From the human T2T-CHM13v2.0 reference genome, Homo sapiens, in the NCBI RefSeq assembly GCF_009914755.1, contig NC_060941.1: DNA of 64,000 bases; one strand, 5' to 3'. Position 1 is the stretch's first letter, and each line of letters starts with the position of its first letter. The notes beneath the pieces are model-generated. The model was not told the DNA's origin, searched no databases, and was given only the letters and a program-made list of their open reading frames with translations. The position numbers were made by a program, and so were the translations under genes. Of this stretch, positions 49,348 to 60,854 are shown one piece after another.

Positions 49348-49517
49348 ATGTCAAGGTCATACTTCGCTTCTTGGGTTCATTCTCCAAAGCCGGCATCTGC
49401 AGACCATGTCGAGGTCACACTTCCCTTCTTAGGTTCATTCTCCAAAGCCGGCATCTGCCGACCATGTGGAGCTCACACTTCCCTTCTTGGGTTCATTCTC
49501 CAAAGCCGGCATCTGCC
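49348..49517. repeat. 58-bp tandem repeat, ~2.9 copies
   Basis: Units start at 49348, 49406 and 49464 and share GGTTCATTCTCCAAAGCCGGCATCTGC exactly. Confidence 0.95.
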
Positions 49518-50972
49518 AGATTTCCGCTAGTGTTTCCCACCTCGGTCTGTGTCCGGTCAAGTCCTGTGCCCCTGAATCTGGTGACCCTCAGCCCTCCTCC
49601 CCAAGGAATAAACCCCCCAAAGCAGACCCAAAGGTCCCGCCTTGCGCTGTCCTTGCAAGGAAGAGAGAAATGGCAGCAAAACTAGCCCAGATCCTGTTTT
49701 CTTCCTCGCTATGTGATGCTGTGCTGAGTATAAATAAATATATAAATAAATGAATAATTTAGGTTTTTCTAAATAAGTAATGAAAAATGGATGTGTGCGT
49801 CAGTCATAACTGTTTATGGACTAGAACTGCAGTTAATAGTTGGTTAAGAATAAAATGTGACAAGAATTAATGGAAATTTTACATTCACAATTAAATTTGA
49901 GATCTAATTAAAAAAAAAAAGCCACCGCTGGATCTGACATACTCAGGTCATACCTGCTGGGTCTCCCCAAGACGCCTTCCTCCCTCCCACGACCCCGACA
50001 AAGGGGCTCCTTGTCCTCCTGTTCAAAGACATTCATGTGGCCTCTCATATCAATATCACTACAGAGGAACAGTCCCCTCTCTCAGCGACAGACCCCCACA
50101 ACCCTCGAAAACAATGGGGGAGACTGGGGGTCTTAACCCCAGCACCACCTCCACCACCAGAATCTGTGCATGGCCTCTGACCTTTGAATCTTAGCCCCCA
50201 CGACCTCCTCCTCCCACTGCTCTGCATAAGCCAGCATCTCAGGTACCCCCAAATCTCACAGGAAACCTCACAGAGCACAGAGAGCCCCGGACAACACTCA
50301 CTCCTCCCTCAGCCACTGTCCTGGACCCCACCAAGCCGCACCGGCAGCCCAGTCCATCATCCCTCCCCGGTGCCCTGTGTCCTATAGTGTTTGGTGTCCT
50401 GTTTTCTGGCTGGATCTAGGAGCCAGGCTGCCTCACACACATCATGGGGTGGATTTGGACTGAGGTGGGGCTGCTGGGCTGCATGGAGCCTGCAAAGCTG
50501 GACTCTGGTGCCGAAGTTTGCCGACACCTACTCTGCTGTCCAGCCTGGAGACCGAAAGAAGAAGAGCTGGCCTGGGGCCCAGGAGCTGGAGTTTCCAGTC
50601 CAGTGGGATGACGAGGAGGATGGGGTGGAGGGGGAGAGCCCGGGCCCACCTGGAGAGCCCTGCTGTGCTCTGCTGTAGGGCGTGTGAGAGGGGCCACAGA
50701 CTCACACGGACTCACAGGGCTTTGGACTTCTTAGCAACCTGGAGAGGAGGGAGAGAAGGAGCAGAAGGAGGGGATGGGAGGCCTCATGGAGTTCCTCAGG
50801 CCCTAGGGCCACCCTCAGACCAAGGCCACACCGTCCTGCAATCCAGCTGGCTGCTCTAAAGGGGCTTTGTGTTCCCAACACCTAACCAGGTTCCTCTTCC
50901 TCCAGCTTTGCTTCTGAGGTCTCCAGGCCGTGAGACCCTCAAATTTGAATCCTCCCTGATCACCCGCAGCCC

Positions 50973-51262
50973 CACACATGCACATAAACACACACATGTG
51001 CCCACAAACATGAACACACAATGCAAATGCACACACACGTGCACATGCACACACTCACATGCACACACGCCATGCACACGCATGCACACATGCATTCACA
51101 CTCACGTGCACACGCGCACACATGCACGCACGTACACATGCATGCACACATGCATTCACACACATGCACACACACGTACACATGCACACACATGCACATT
51201 CACACTCACACATGCACACTCACACGCACATGCACACACTCGCATGCACACATGCACATGCG
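50973..51262. repeat. (CACATG/CA)n alternating purine-pyrimidine tract
   Basis: Direct reading. Confidence 0.93.
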
Positions 51263-52375
51263 CCTCCAAGGCTGGCCCTTTCACGCAGCTTTGCTTGCCC
51301 AGCTTCCTTCAGGTCCAGGTTCCCAAAGCCCTCCCCTGACCACAAAGTTTCCAGGCCGGCCTTGGGTTTGGCCCCACAACGGAGGCAGAGCCAGACACCA
51401 CCTCAGAGATGGCTCAGTCTACCTGCTGCTGTACGACCAGGTCAGAAAGGCCCAAAGAGGCCACATGATGCCGAGGTCACCTGGCCTGCCTGAGGGAGCT
51501 GGGTCCAGGCTCAGCCCTCCAATTCCCGGGGTCTCTTCCCAGACCCCAGGAGGCCTGGTGGGCGGGGGTTCTAGGGGCCTGAACTGTGAATGTGGGACAC
51601 AGAGCTGGGCCAGGGTTCCAGAGCACAGGCTGCAGGAAGGGACCAGGCAATCCTGGAAGGAGGAAGAGCCCATAGCTGTCCATCCTGCTTGTCTTCATGC
51701 ACGAAGCAGGTGTCAGTCAGCTGGGACAGGCCATCTCGAACTGGCAACCACCCCACTCAAATACATGATTTTAAGTGAGCCCCACTCTGCAACTCTGGCC
51801 AACACAGCTATCCGCATTTGTTTGCCTAGCTCGGAAGGGGAAAAAAAATATCAAGAGGCAGGCGCTTCAAGTGCAAATGTATCCAACTCCCAGCAAAAGG
51901 TTGTGCTGCGGGCCCACGGCCAGGCAGTATTCTGGGATTGGACCTCTTCCCTTGCCCTAAATTTAACCAGCTGGAAATCTTTTTTTAAGCTGCATCCTAT
52001 TCAACCTTTTGAAATAAAGATTTGCCTTTTAATGGGAAATCTGCATTCCATTGTGGAGAAGGAACCGGCACCCTTGGCTCAGCCCGGCTCCTCCTGGCAC
52101 GCGGCTTCCTGGTTTTGGCTGCAAACCTAGGAAAGCTCACATGTGCAGGGGTGGAGGCCCCTGACCGTCCAGGCCGCTGTCCCTGGGCTGAGGGGACATT
52201 CTGAGATGGGCACAGAGACTTTCTTAGGGAAAGCAGGAAATTAAAAGCAACAGCAATGAAAAGACACTGTGCCAAGAAAATAAATAAGACATTCTTCAAT
52301 TTTTGCCCACGAACGTGCCCCACGCATGGGAGCTGCGTGCGGCCCGTGGTCAGGCAGAAACACCCGCACACAATG

Positions 52376-52530
52376 GCTGGGTTCAAATCTCGCCCTACCC
52401 CTCCTAGCTCGTGAAACATCTCTGTGTCTCAGTTTCCCCATCTGTAAATCAGGGGTGAGGACAACACCTACCTCCCAGGGGCTGCTACATAGATTGAGTT
52501 AATAGTGGTATAGCACACTGGTAAGAGCAC
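52376..52530 (+). mobile_element. MIR
   Basis: CTGGGTTCAAATCTC...CTCTGTGTCTCAGTTTCCCCATCTGTAAA core. Confidence 0.8.
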
Positions 52531-53444
52531 AGGTGGGGCCAAAGAATAAATGATAGATGAAACGTGTTCTCTCCTGGAAATGGCTCACTACCGAGTCATG
52601 CAGGAGGGAGAGTCAGGAGTAGGGAGAAACCTTTAGTCCAGGTTCGATTCTGCGGCCTCGGGTGTGAGGCCGGTGCTATGCAGGGGCTGTGGGAACAAGG
52701 ACATGGCCTTCACCAGCGTGGAGAGATGAGGCAGACGTGGAGGTGGACCCAAAGTGGGAGATGTCAGGGCAGACCTGGCAGTTGGGGATGTCTTTAGGGA
52801 CAAAAGGGGACATGAGCCAACCCCAAGGGAACTAGGCAGGCAGAAAGGGCAGGGACCCATCCTCCTGCAGACACACTAGGATATCAGACGATGACGGAGC
52901 CTGTGTTCTGGGCGCCTGGTCCAGATGGAGGCGATGCAGGTTGGTAGAGGCCAGGAGAGGAGGTGGGCACTGTTTCAGGACCCCACGTGTGTAGACAATT
53001 TGATTTTCAAATGTATCACAGAAGTGGTGGCTGGGCCTGTGCGAGGTATGAGGACCCGATGGAGACTCTGAATGATGGTGGAGAGGACCAGAGAAGACTG
53101 CCCATCGGCTGAGTCCCAGAGCGACTGGGGCATCTGATCCCTTGTCCCTTGTACAGGAGAGACAGTTGGGCAGCGTGCAAAGGAAGGCACCCTATGGGGA
53201 CAGCCCTGAGGGCCCCAGCCAGCCCCAGACACTGGAGGGGGACATAGGAAACTGGGAGGCAGTCCAGGCACAGGGCCCTGTAAGCTGTGAGTTCCAAGGA
53301 CAGGACTGCCCAGGGTAGAATCAGAGCATGGCCACCTCTGCACAGCAGATGCTGTCCGGGAGGGCACAGGGGAGCCTGGGCAGGGTGAGGGGTGCACATA
53401 TGGAAAATGCGCCCAGCCGTACCTCTGTGGCACAGCTATCTGAG

Positions 53445-53578
53445 CACGTGTGCATGTGTGTGTGTGTACATGTGTGCATGTGTGCGTGTGTGTACATGTG
53501 TCTGAGTGCACATACGTGTGCATCTGAGTGCATGTGCATGTGTGCCTGTGTCTGAATGCACATGTATGCACATGTGCT
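53445..53578. repeat. (TG/TGCATG)n tract
   Basis: Direct reading. Confidence 0.9.
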
Positions 53579-53909
53579 CAAGACCAGGGAGGGCAGATCC
53601 TGCAGGCCAGCTGTAAAGAAGGAAGGGGGAGCCCTGGACTAGAGCAGATCTCAGGAACCCCAAATCAGGGACTCATTCTCTTCATTATAACCTCGGGAGA
53701 AGAATTACAGAAAGTTATGAGAATTGCAATCACTTCCTATGTGTGCCCAAGGTGTACGCACTTGACCGTACATATGTTACACCCTGAGGAAAATGTTCAT
53801 TAGGATAGAATATTTGCATAATTATATGTCAAGCTGTACACTATTTTGGTAGGCAGATAGGGGGCTTCATGAGATGACCTTTCAGAGTTCTCGGGTTTCT
53901 TAGGGGCTA

Positions 53910-54514
53910 TGAGGGGGTGGAATAATGGCCCCACAGATGGCCACATCCTCATCTCCAGAACTCAACCCCTGCTTCTGTGAACCCTACTCTCTGTGAATTC
54001 ATTGCCTTGCATGGCAGCAGTCACAGGAGTCAGTTAAAGATCTGGAGATGGGAGATTATCCGGGTGGGCGGGTGCGATCCCAACGTCCTTAGAAGTGGAA
54101 GACGGAGGCAGGAGGGGTCAGGATGATGTGATGGATGGAGCTCATGGAGGGCACAAGCCAAGGAGTGCCGCAGCCTCGAGAAGCTGGGAAAGCCAAGGAA
54201 GCAGATTTCCTGCCCTTTGAGCCTCCACAGAGGAACACAGCCCTGCTGACACCTTCATTTTAGCCAAGTCTAACCTCCAGATTGTAAGATGACAAATTTG
54301 TAGCTGGGCGCGGTGGCTCATGCCTGTAATCTCAGCACTTTGGGAGACTGAGGCAGGAGGATCACTTGAGCCCAGGAATTCAAGACCAGCCTGGGCAATG
54401 AAGTGAGAACCTGTCTCTATAAAACATTTTTTTAAATAAAGATAATAAATCTGTGTTATTTTAAGCCACTTAATGTGTAGTAATTTGTTAGGGCAGTAAC
54501 AAGTAACTAACACA
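53910..54514 (+). mobile_element. MLT1D-like LTR interrupted by FLAM_C
   Basis: GAATAATGGCCCC...GAGATGGGAGATTATCC...CAGCCCTGCTGACACCTT...TTTTAAGCCACT...TAACTAACACA. Confidence 0.85.
54302..54438 (+). mobile_element. FLAM_C Alu monomer
   Basis: Single left monomer. Imperfect TSD AAGATGACAAATTTGT / AAGATAATAAATCTGT. Confidence 0.88.
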
Positions 54515-55519
54515 GACTGTGACTCTCCGAGCACTGGGAGTCTCTCTCCACCCTGCCACCATCCTTCCCAGGAGCTTCCTTTCTTCTGTCCAACCTCAGG
54601 ACCTGCTCCCTCAACAGACAGGAACTAAGGTGCACCATCGGGAGGCTGCACGCCATGAGTGTCTTAAGGGACAACACACCAGCAGAGACGCACGTGTGCC
54701 GCGGAGGTGGCAGAGGTACTCTGCGGATGGGAAGATGCATAGCTACTCAGGGCGTGCGTGGCCACACACTGTGGCAATTCCTACACCCACAATGCAGGCG
54801 GCTGGCCTGTGGGCTCTCACAAATACACACACACACGCACAGGTGTGCACGTGTGCAGGTGCCAGCTCCTTCCACCCAGCCCATCCCTGCTGGGAGCCAG
54901 AACGTACACCTGGACACCCAAGGAAGGGGGCGCTGCACGTGTCCTTTCCACCCTGGAGTCAGGTGCCAGCACCTCCCCAGATTCCCTCAGCCCCTCCCCA
55001 GTCACAGCTTGGAGTGTGCAGGCCCTGCTTGGAGGGCCATTCATCCGCCTGGTTTCTGAGAAGAGCTTTCGTGCCGTGGGCCTGTGTGGGCACCTGCACC
55101 CATGTGGACCTTCTGAAACCGGGAGGCTGTGCCACGTCTGTGGGTAGTTCGGTGCGCACACGCTGGATGGGCACACGTGTGTGGGCGCGTGCATGTGGGC
55201 ATACAGTGGCACATGCGCACGTGTGACAGGGGCTAACAGGTCCTAGGCCTGAAGCCGCGTGGAATCTCGGAATCCTGAGGCCTCCTTTCAAGCACTTGTG
55301 TCATCCCCTACTGAGGTCCCTGAGTCACCATGATAGTTGGTGCCTGGCCTCCGAGTTGCCAGCCCAGCCCAGCCCTGCTCCCCTGGGGGGTGGGAAGTTC
55401 CCTCTGGAAGCTCCTGTCACAGCTGCACCTGAAAGGCCCAGCTCCCAGCACAGGCCCTGGGGGACAGCAGTGAGGACCAAGGCCAAGGAAGCTCCCATTT
55501 CCATGACAACAGCAGGCAG

Positions 55520-55707
55520 GGATCATAGGAGCTGCCAGAATCTGGGAGAGGCACGGAAAGACCCCCCAGAGATCCTCAGAGAGAACGCGGCCCCACTGGC
55601 ACCTTGACCTCAGGCTTCTGCCCTCCACAACCCTGAGTGACCACATTCCCGTTGCTTCCAGCCACCCGTGTGGGGTCTTTTGTTACAGCAGTTGCAGGAA
55701 ATTCACA
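55520..55707 (+). mobile_element. MLT1B/C-like LTR 3' fragment
   Basis: GCCAGAATCTGGGAGAGGCACGGAA...GGCACCTTGA...TTTGTTACAGCAG. Confidence 0.6.
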
Positions 55708-56284
55708 TGTGGTTTGGGCCCATCAGCCAAGCTCCCGTACAAACTGGCCCCCCAGAAACCACATGGATGGGGAGGGCCCCAGATCATAGCCAGGATGCAA
55801 CCCACTCACAGGGGCCACACGCCCAGCCCTGCTGTTGTCCTTGGCAGGATGCCCTGTCATTCTGGTTCAAAAATGTGTCTGCTCCCTGCTGGAGCTGTAC
55901 AAACACTTCCTCTCCGAGTTCGGAAGATCTTTCTGCATATCCGATTCTCAAGTTCAAAGAATGATGGAAACAAGAAACAGCCCCAAGCCTGAGATGGCAG
56001 AGCTGGAGCCAGCCCTCTTCCCTGGAGAGCCGGTGGAGGCTGGGCTGCAGGAGCCTGGGCAGAGGCTTGGGCCAGCACGGCGGCCCCACCCCTGAGGGTG
56101 AAGAGCAAGGCGGGAGGAAGAGGGCAGGAGCTGGGCTCTGCATGGTCACTGCAGGCTGACTCTCACCTGCTTTAGCAGGGTCAAAAATATGAGCAGGTCT
56201 TTGGGAATGAGAGCTGGCCAGGAATGGGAAAGCTCCTCCAAGAGGGACCAGAGGTGCCTGGGAGCAGGTTTCTAGAGTGTGTGT

Positions 56285-56320
56285 GCTCGCTCTTGCTCTC
56301 GCTCTCCTCTCTCCTCTCTC

Positions 56321-56353
<33 letters not shown>

Positions 56354-56396
56354 AGCTCTCTCGCTGTCTCTAGCTGTCTTGCTACCTATCTCCCTC
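56285..56396. repeat. (CT)n-rich tract
   Basis: Direct reading. Confidence 0.9.
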
Positions 56397-57143
56397 TGAT
56401 ACAGAAGGGAAGTGCTGGGAAGGGAAGGCATGGTCCCTTTAAATGATACAGAAGGGGGTTAGGGAAATGCTGGGTAGAGGGGGGCATGATCCCTCGCTAG
56501 GGCCCCACCCCCACAGGCCTAGGGCAAGGAGTCTAAATGTTGCATTTTCCAAAACCACCCTGGCCCGCCACGCCCCCATCCCGGGCCTATAAAAACCCGA
56601 GACCCCAGCGGGCAGACACACAGAAGCTGCTGGAGAGCGGGAGGAACACATGGGCAGAAGAAGACAAGTGGCCAAGCGGCCGGGACATGGACAGGACGTG
56701 GAGGGGAGCACGTCGGCAGCCCGACTCCACGGAAAAACCATCTCCCTTCTGGCTCCGCCATCTGCTGAGAGCTACTTCTCTACTCAATAAAACTTTGCAC
56801 TCATTCTCCAAGCCCATGTGAGATCCGATTCTTCCGGTCCACCAAGGCAAGAAACCCTGGGATAAGGAAATCCCTCTGTCCTTGTGATAAGGAAGGGGGT
56901 CTAATTGAGCTGGTTAACACAAGCCGCCTACAGACGGCTAAACTAAAAGAGCACCCATAACACACACCCATCGGGGCCTCCCGAGCTGTAACACTCACCC
57001 CTAGACATGGCCTTGGGGTCAGAGCCCCACAGCCTGCCCGTCTTATGCTCCCCCAGAGGTTTGAGCAGCTGGGCACTGAAGAAGCAAGCCACACTCCCTG
57101 TCACACGCCCTGTGAGGGGGACAAGGGAACTTTTCCCGTTTCA
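56397..57143 (+). mobile_element. LTR1-family (ERV1, HUERS-P2) solo LTR
   Basis: TGATACAGAAGGGAAGTGCTGGGAAGGGAAGG...TTTTCCCGTTTCA. 4-bp TSD CCTC at 56393-56396 and 57144-57147. Confidence 0.88.
56567..56594 (+). promoter_or_regulatory. LTR U3 core promoter: SP/KLF box + TATA
   Basis: GCCACGCCCC at 56567-56576, TATAAAA at 56588-56594. AATAAA at 56786-56791. Confidence 0.6.
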
Positions 57144-57413
57144 CCTCTCCCACCCTTTCCTTCTCCCTGCACCCCTTCCCTCTGCCTCCTTATGTCCCCA
57201 CAATCCTCCCTGCCATCATCAGGGTTTCAAACAGACAGTCCCCTTGGCATGGAAGGAACCAGCAATGACAGTCATGTGACTCTAGGCAGCACCTTCAGCT
57301 CTAGAGACCCAGGTGCTTCCCCCTGGCCACGGTGAAGAGGGTGGAGATAAGGAAGGTCCCTTCTGAAGTCAGAACAGAAAAGTCCCCGAAGTTCCTGGTA
57401 AAACCCCCATCGA

Positions 57414-57748
<335 letters not shown>

Positions 57749-59074
57749 CTATTTACAGATCCTCAGCATCACGGAAAGGATGGGGGCAGCCATTCATTAA
57801 TAACTCATAGAAGCCAGGGGACCAATTAGAACGGGTTTTCCATTTCAGGGCACGCCGGAAAAGCCACCGGGACCTGGAGCAGCCACTGCAGGAGCAGGTG
57901 GGGGTGGGTGAAATGGTGGTCAGAAAAAAAATCCCATAGAGGAGGAAACATTTCAAGAAAAGATATTAAAATAGAAAGCAATGATCCATTGCTAAACACT
58001 TCACATTTTTCCCAAAGTTCCCTGCAACTTGCTTCTGGAAGAGTAAATGGAAAACTTTGGGAACGTAATTTTAATTGTCTATTTCACACCCACGTGTCCT
58101 GCTCCCTCCCCGCCCCCACGCAGAAGCTGGGCCGTCTGCATCAAGACCCTCTTCCTCCAGCTCCAGCGGTGGCAGTTGTGGTGGAGTGACCGGGGACACA
58201 GCAAGCAGGCGGCAGCCCCATGCACGCGGGGAGCTGTCTGGCCTTCGCAGGGTTTTTATTGTATTATTTAACACCCAAGCCTTTCAGCATGTGCCTGCCA
58301 CACAGTTTATGCTCCCAGCAGAGGGACAATAACTGAAGGAATATTTGCAAAAAGCTGAGTTAAGTAAATATTTTATGCCCGTTAATGTAATGGCTCAGGA
58401 ATGATGTGTTGGGGCAGGCGGGCAGGGGAGCCAGTGCTGCCAATGTGCAGAGGGTGACGGGGGTTCCTGTGGGCCTCAGCCAAGCTCTGCTGACTCTCAG
58501 CCCACCTTTGAGGCCGCCTAGTCAGAGAGGGTGGAGGGGGTGTGTGGCAGGCCTCCTCCAGGAGAGAGCCACACACCCCCTCCACCCTCTCTGACTTGGC
58601 TTGGTTCCAGCAGAGTTGAACTAAGCACACCTGAAGCCCTGATGTCTCTACTTAAAAAGAGAAAACTTCCCATGAGCAAACGCCCTTGGCTCAGTTAATG
58701 TGCTTCTCAAAGTAGGGTGCCCGGGGCATCAGCTGGTTAGAACCTCGAATTCTCAAGCCATGCCCAGACCCACGGGATGAGACGCTGTGGGGGTGAGACT
58801 CACGAGCTGTGTTACATGAGCGTTCAGGGGATTCCGTATGGTCGAGCGCAGACTCACTGTCCTGGGCCACCAGCTGTCCAGCTCCCATGTCCCTGTCCAA
58901 GAAGGCCCTTCCACCTTTCCTGGTGAAGCCACCCTGCTGACCACACCCACGGGCTGCGTCCGTCTCTTAGGTTCTAAGTATTTGACAAATTACATGATGA
59001 CCCAGCTAGGGGGGTCAACTGTTCCCCACGCAGCATCTACAACCAGAGGATGGAGGCTGGGATTTACGTTCCAG

Positions 59075-59830
59075 CCCTGGACCCACCCCACTGGCACCCC
59101 AAACCTGCCCACTCTCACTTCAGACCCGCCCAATGTCACCCTGGACCTGCCCACTCTTACCTCAGACCCACCCACTCTCATCCTGGACCCGCCCACTCTC
59201 ACCTCAGACCCGCCCACTCTCACCTCAGACCTGCCTGCTCTCACCTCAGACCTGCCCACTCTCACCTCAGACCTGCCCACTCTCACCTCAGACCTGCCTG
59301 CTCTCAATCTGGACCCGCCCACTCTCAACCTGGACCCACCCACTGTCACCCTGGACCCGCCTACTCTTACCTCAGACCCGCCTGCTCTCAATCTGGACCC
59401 GCCCACTCTCAACCTGGACCCACCGTCACCCTGGACCCGCCCACTCTTACCTCAGACCCACCCACTCTCACCCTGGACCCGCCCACTCTCACCTCAGACC
59501 CGCCCACTCTCACCTCAGACCCACACCCTCACCCCAACCCTTGGTTCAGTTAACGTGCAAGGTGAGAGTGTGACTGTCATGGTCACCACGGACCTGCCCA
59601 CATTCATGCTGGATCCACCCATTCCAACCCTGAACATGCCCGTTCTCACCCCAGACCTGTCCACTGTCACCATCACCCTGGACCCACCCACATTCATGCT
59701 GGACCTGCCCACTCTCACCCCAGACCCACCCACACTCTCACCCCAACTGGCCCACTGTCATGGTCACCCTGGACCTGCCCACTTTCATGCTGGACCCACC
59801 TACTCCCACCCTGGACCCGTCCACATTCAC
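59075..59830. repeat. 21-bp minisatellite (CCTGGACCCGCCCACTCTCAC / CTCAGACCYGCCCACTCTCAC)
   Basis: ~21 conserved copies to ~59530, then degenerate copies. Confidence 0.95.
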
Positions 59831-60477
59831 ATGGGGCATCCTGCCTGCCTGGAGGGGACTGAGTCACTTAGGATGCACGGAAGCTGGGGTGCTGGTAGCT
59901 GTCTTGGTCTATTTCACAGGTTTGGGGGACCCAACTGCACCCCAGCAGAGGGCCTGGAACAGGTTCCCTCAGCCTCACAGACAGGCGGCATCCAGTCCAG
60001 GGACTGTAGCCCTGACAAGGAGCCCCACCTGCCCAGGGCCCCCCAGCAGGCAGTGTCTCCCGGACTTCCTCCCCCACCGCAGGCCCTGGGATGGGGCGTC
60101 TGAGGGAGGGATCTTTCTCTAAAGTCAGGCAGTTCCTGAAAACGATAAGGCAGCGTCTCCCCTCCCACAGTCAGGCTCAGAGTGGAAGGTCTGCATTCGG
60201 GGTCTGCCGCCCGGGGACAACAGGGAGCCCTGGAAATGACACGCCCCGCCCCCACCCTTCCCTGATGCCTTGCTCTGGAAGGTTCTTCCTCCCAGCCAGT
60301 CTCCTCCTGAAAAAGGAGTGCGGGCACTCTGCCTTGCTTCAGGAGGCCTAGAAAGAGGGGACAGGGCCTGGGGAGCGGGGGACAGGATGAGGGGGAGGGC
60401 AGGGTGGGGGAGCTGGAGGGGGTGTTGGGAAGGGCTCAGGGAGGGACAGGAGGTGGAGGCAGGGGTGGAGGACTGGG

Positions 60478-60851
60478 TGCTCCAGTCTGAATGTGTGTGT
60501 CCCCTCCAAAGTTCACCTGCAAACAGTCTCCAGCAGGATTGTGTTAAGAGCTGGGGCGTTTAGGAGGTGATGAGGGCCAGAGGGCTCCTCCCTCCTGCCT
60601 GTGCCCGGATTAAGGCCACACCAAAGAGGCTTCACACAGCACTGGACACCTTGTGTCCTTCACTTCCCGCCAGGGGAGCACAGAGCAAGAGGCACCATCC
60701 GGGAGCAGAGAGCAGCCCTCACCAGACACCCAGCCTGCCGGCACCTTGATCTTGGACTTCCAACCTCCAGAACTACAAGAAAATAAATGCCTTTTCTCAT
60801 AAATTATCCAGTCTCAGGTATCTTGTTCTATAGCCCAAAAGGTCTCAGACA
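60478..60851 (+). mobile_element. MSTD/MLT1A-like MaLR solo LTR
   Basis: TGCTCCAGTCTGAATGTG...AGCAGCCCTCACCAGACACC...CTTGATCTTGGACTTCC...CTCAGACA. Confidence 0.82.
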
Positions 60852-60854
60852 TGA

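Noticed and set aside
51021-52130. 369-aa ORF
   Set aside because: The N-terminus is the CA repeat (H/T/M/A). The remainder shows no recognisable domain, and there is no supporting promoter or splice structure.
57963-57974. MEF2-like ATATTAAAATAG
   Set aside because: Spacing does not fit YTA(W)4TAR.
59942-59953. CTCF core match CCAGCAGAGGGC
   Set aside because: The 3' flank departs from consensus, and such 12-mers are common in GC-rich DNA. Needs ChIP data.
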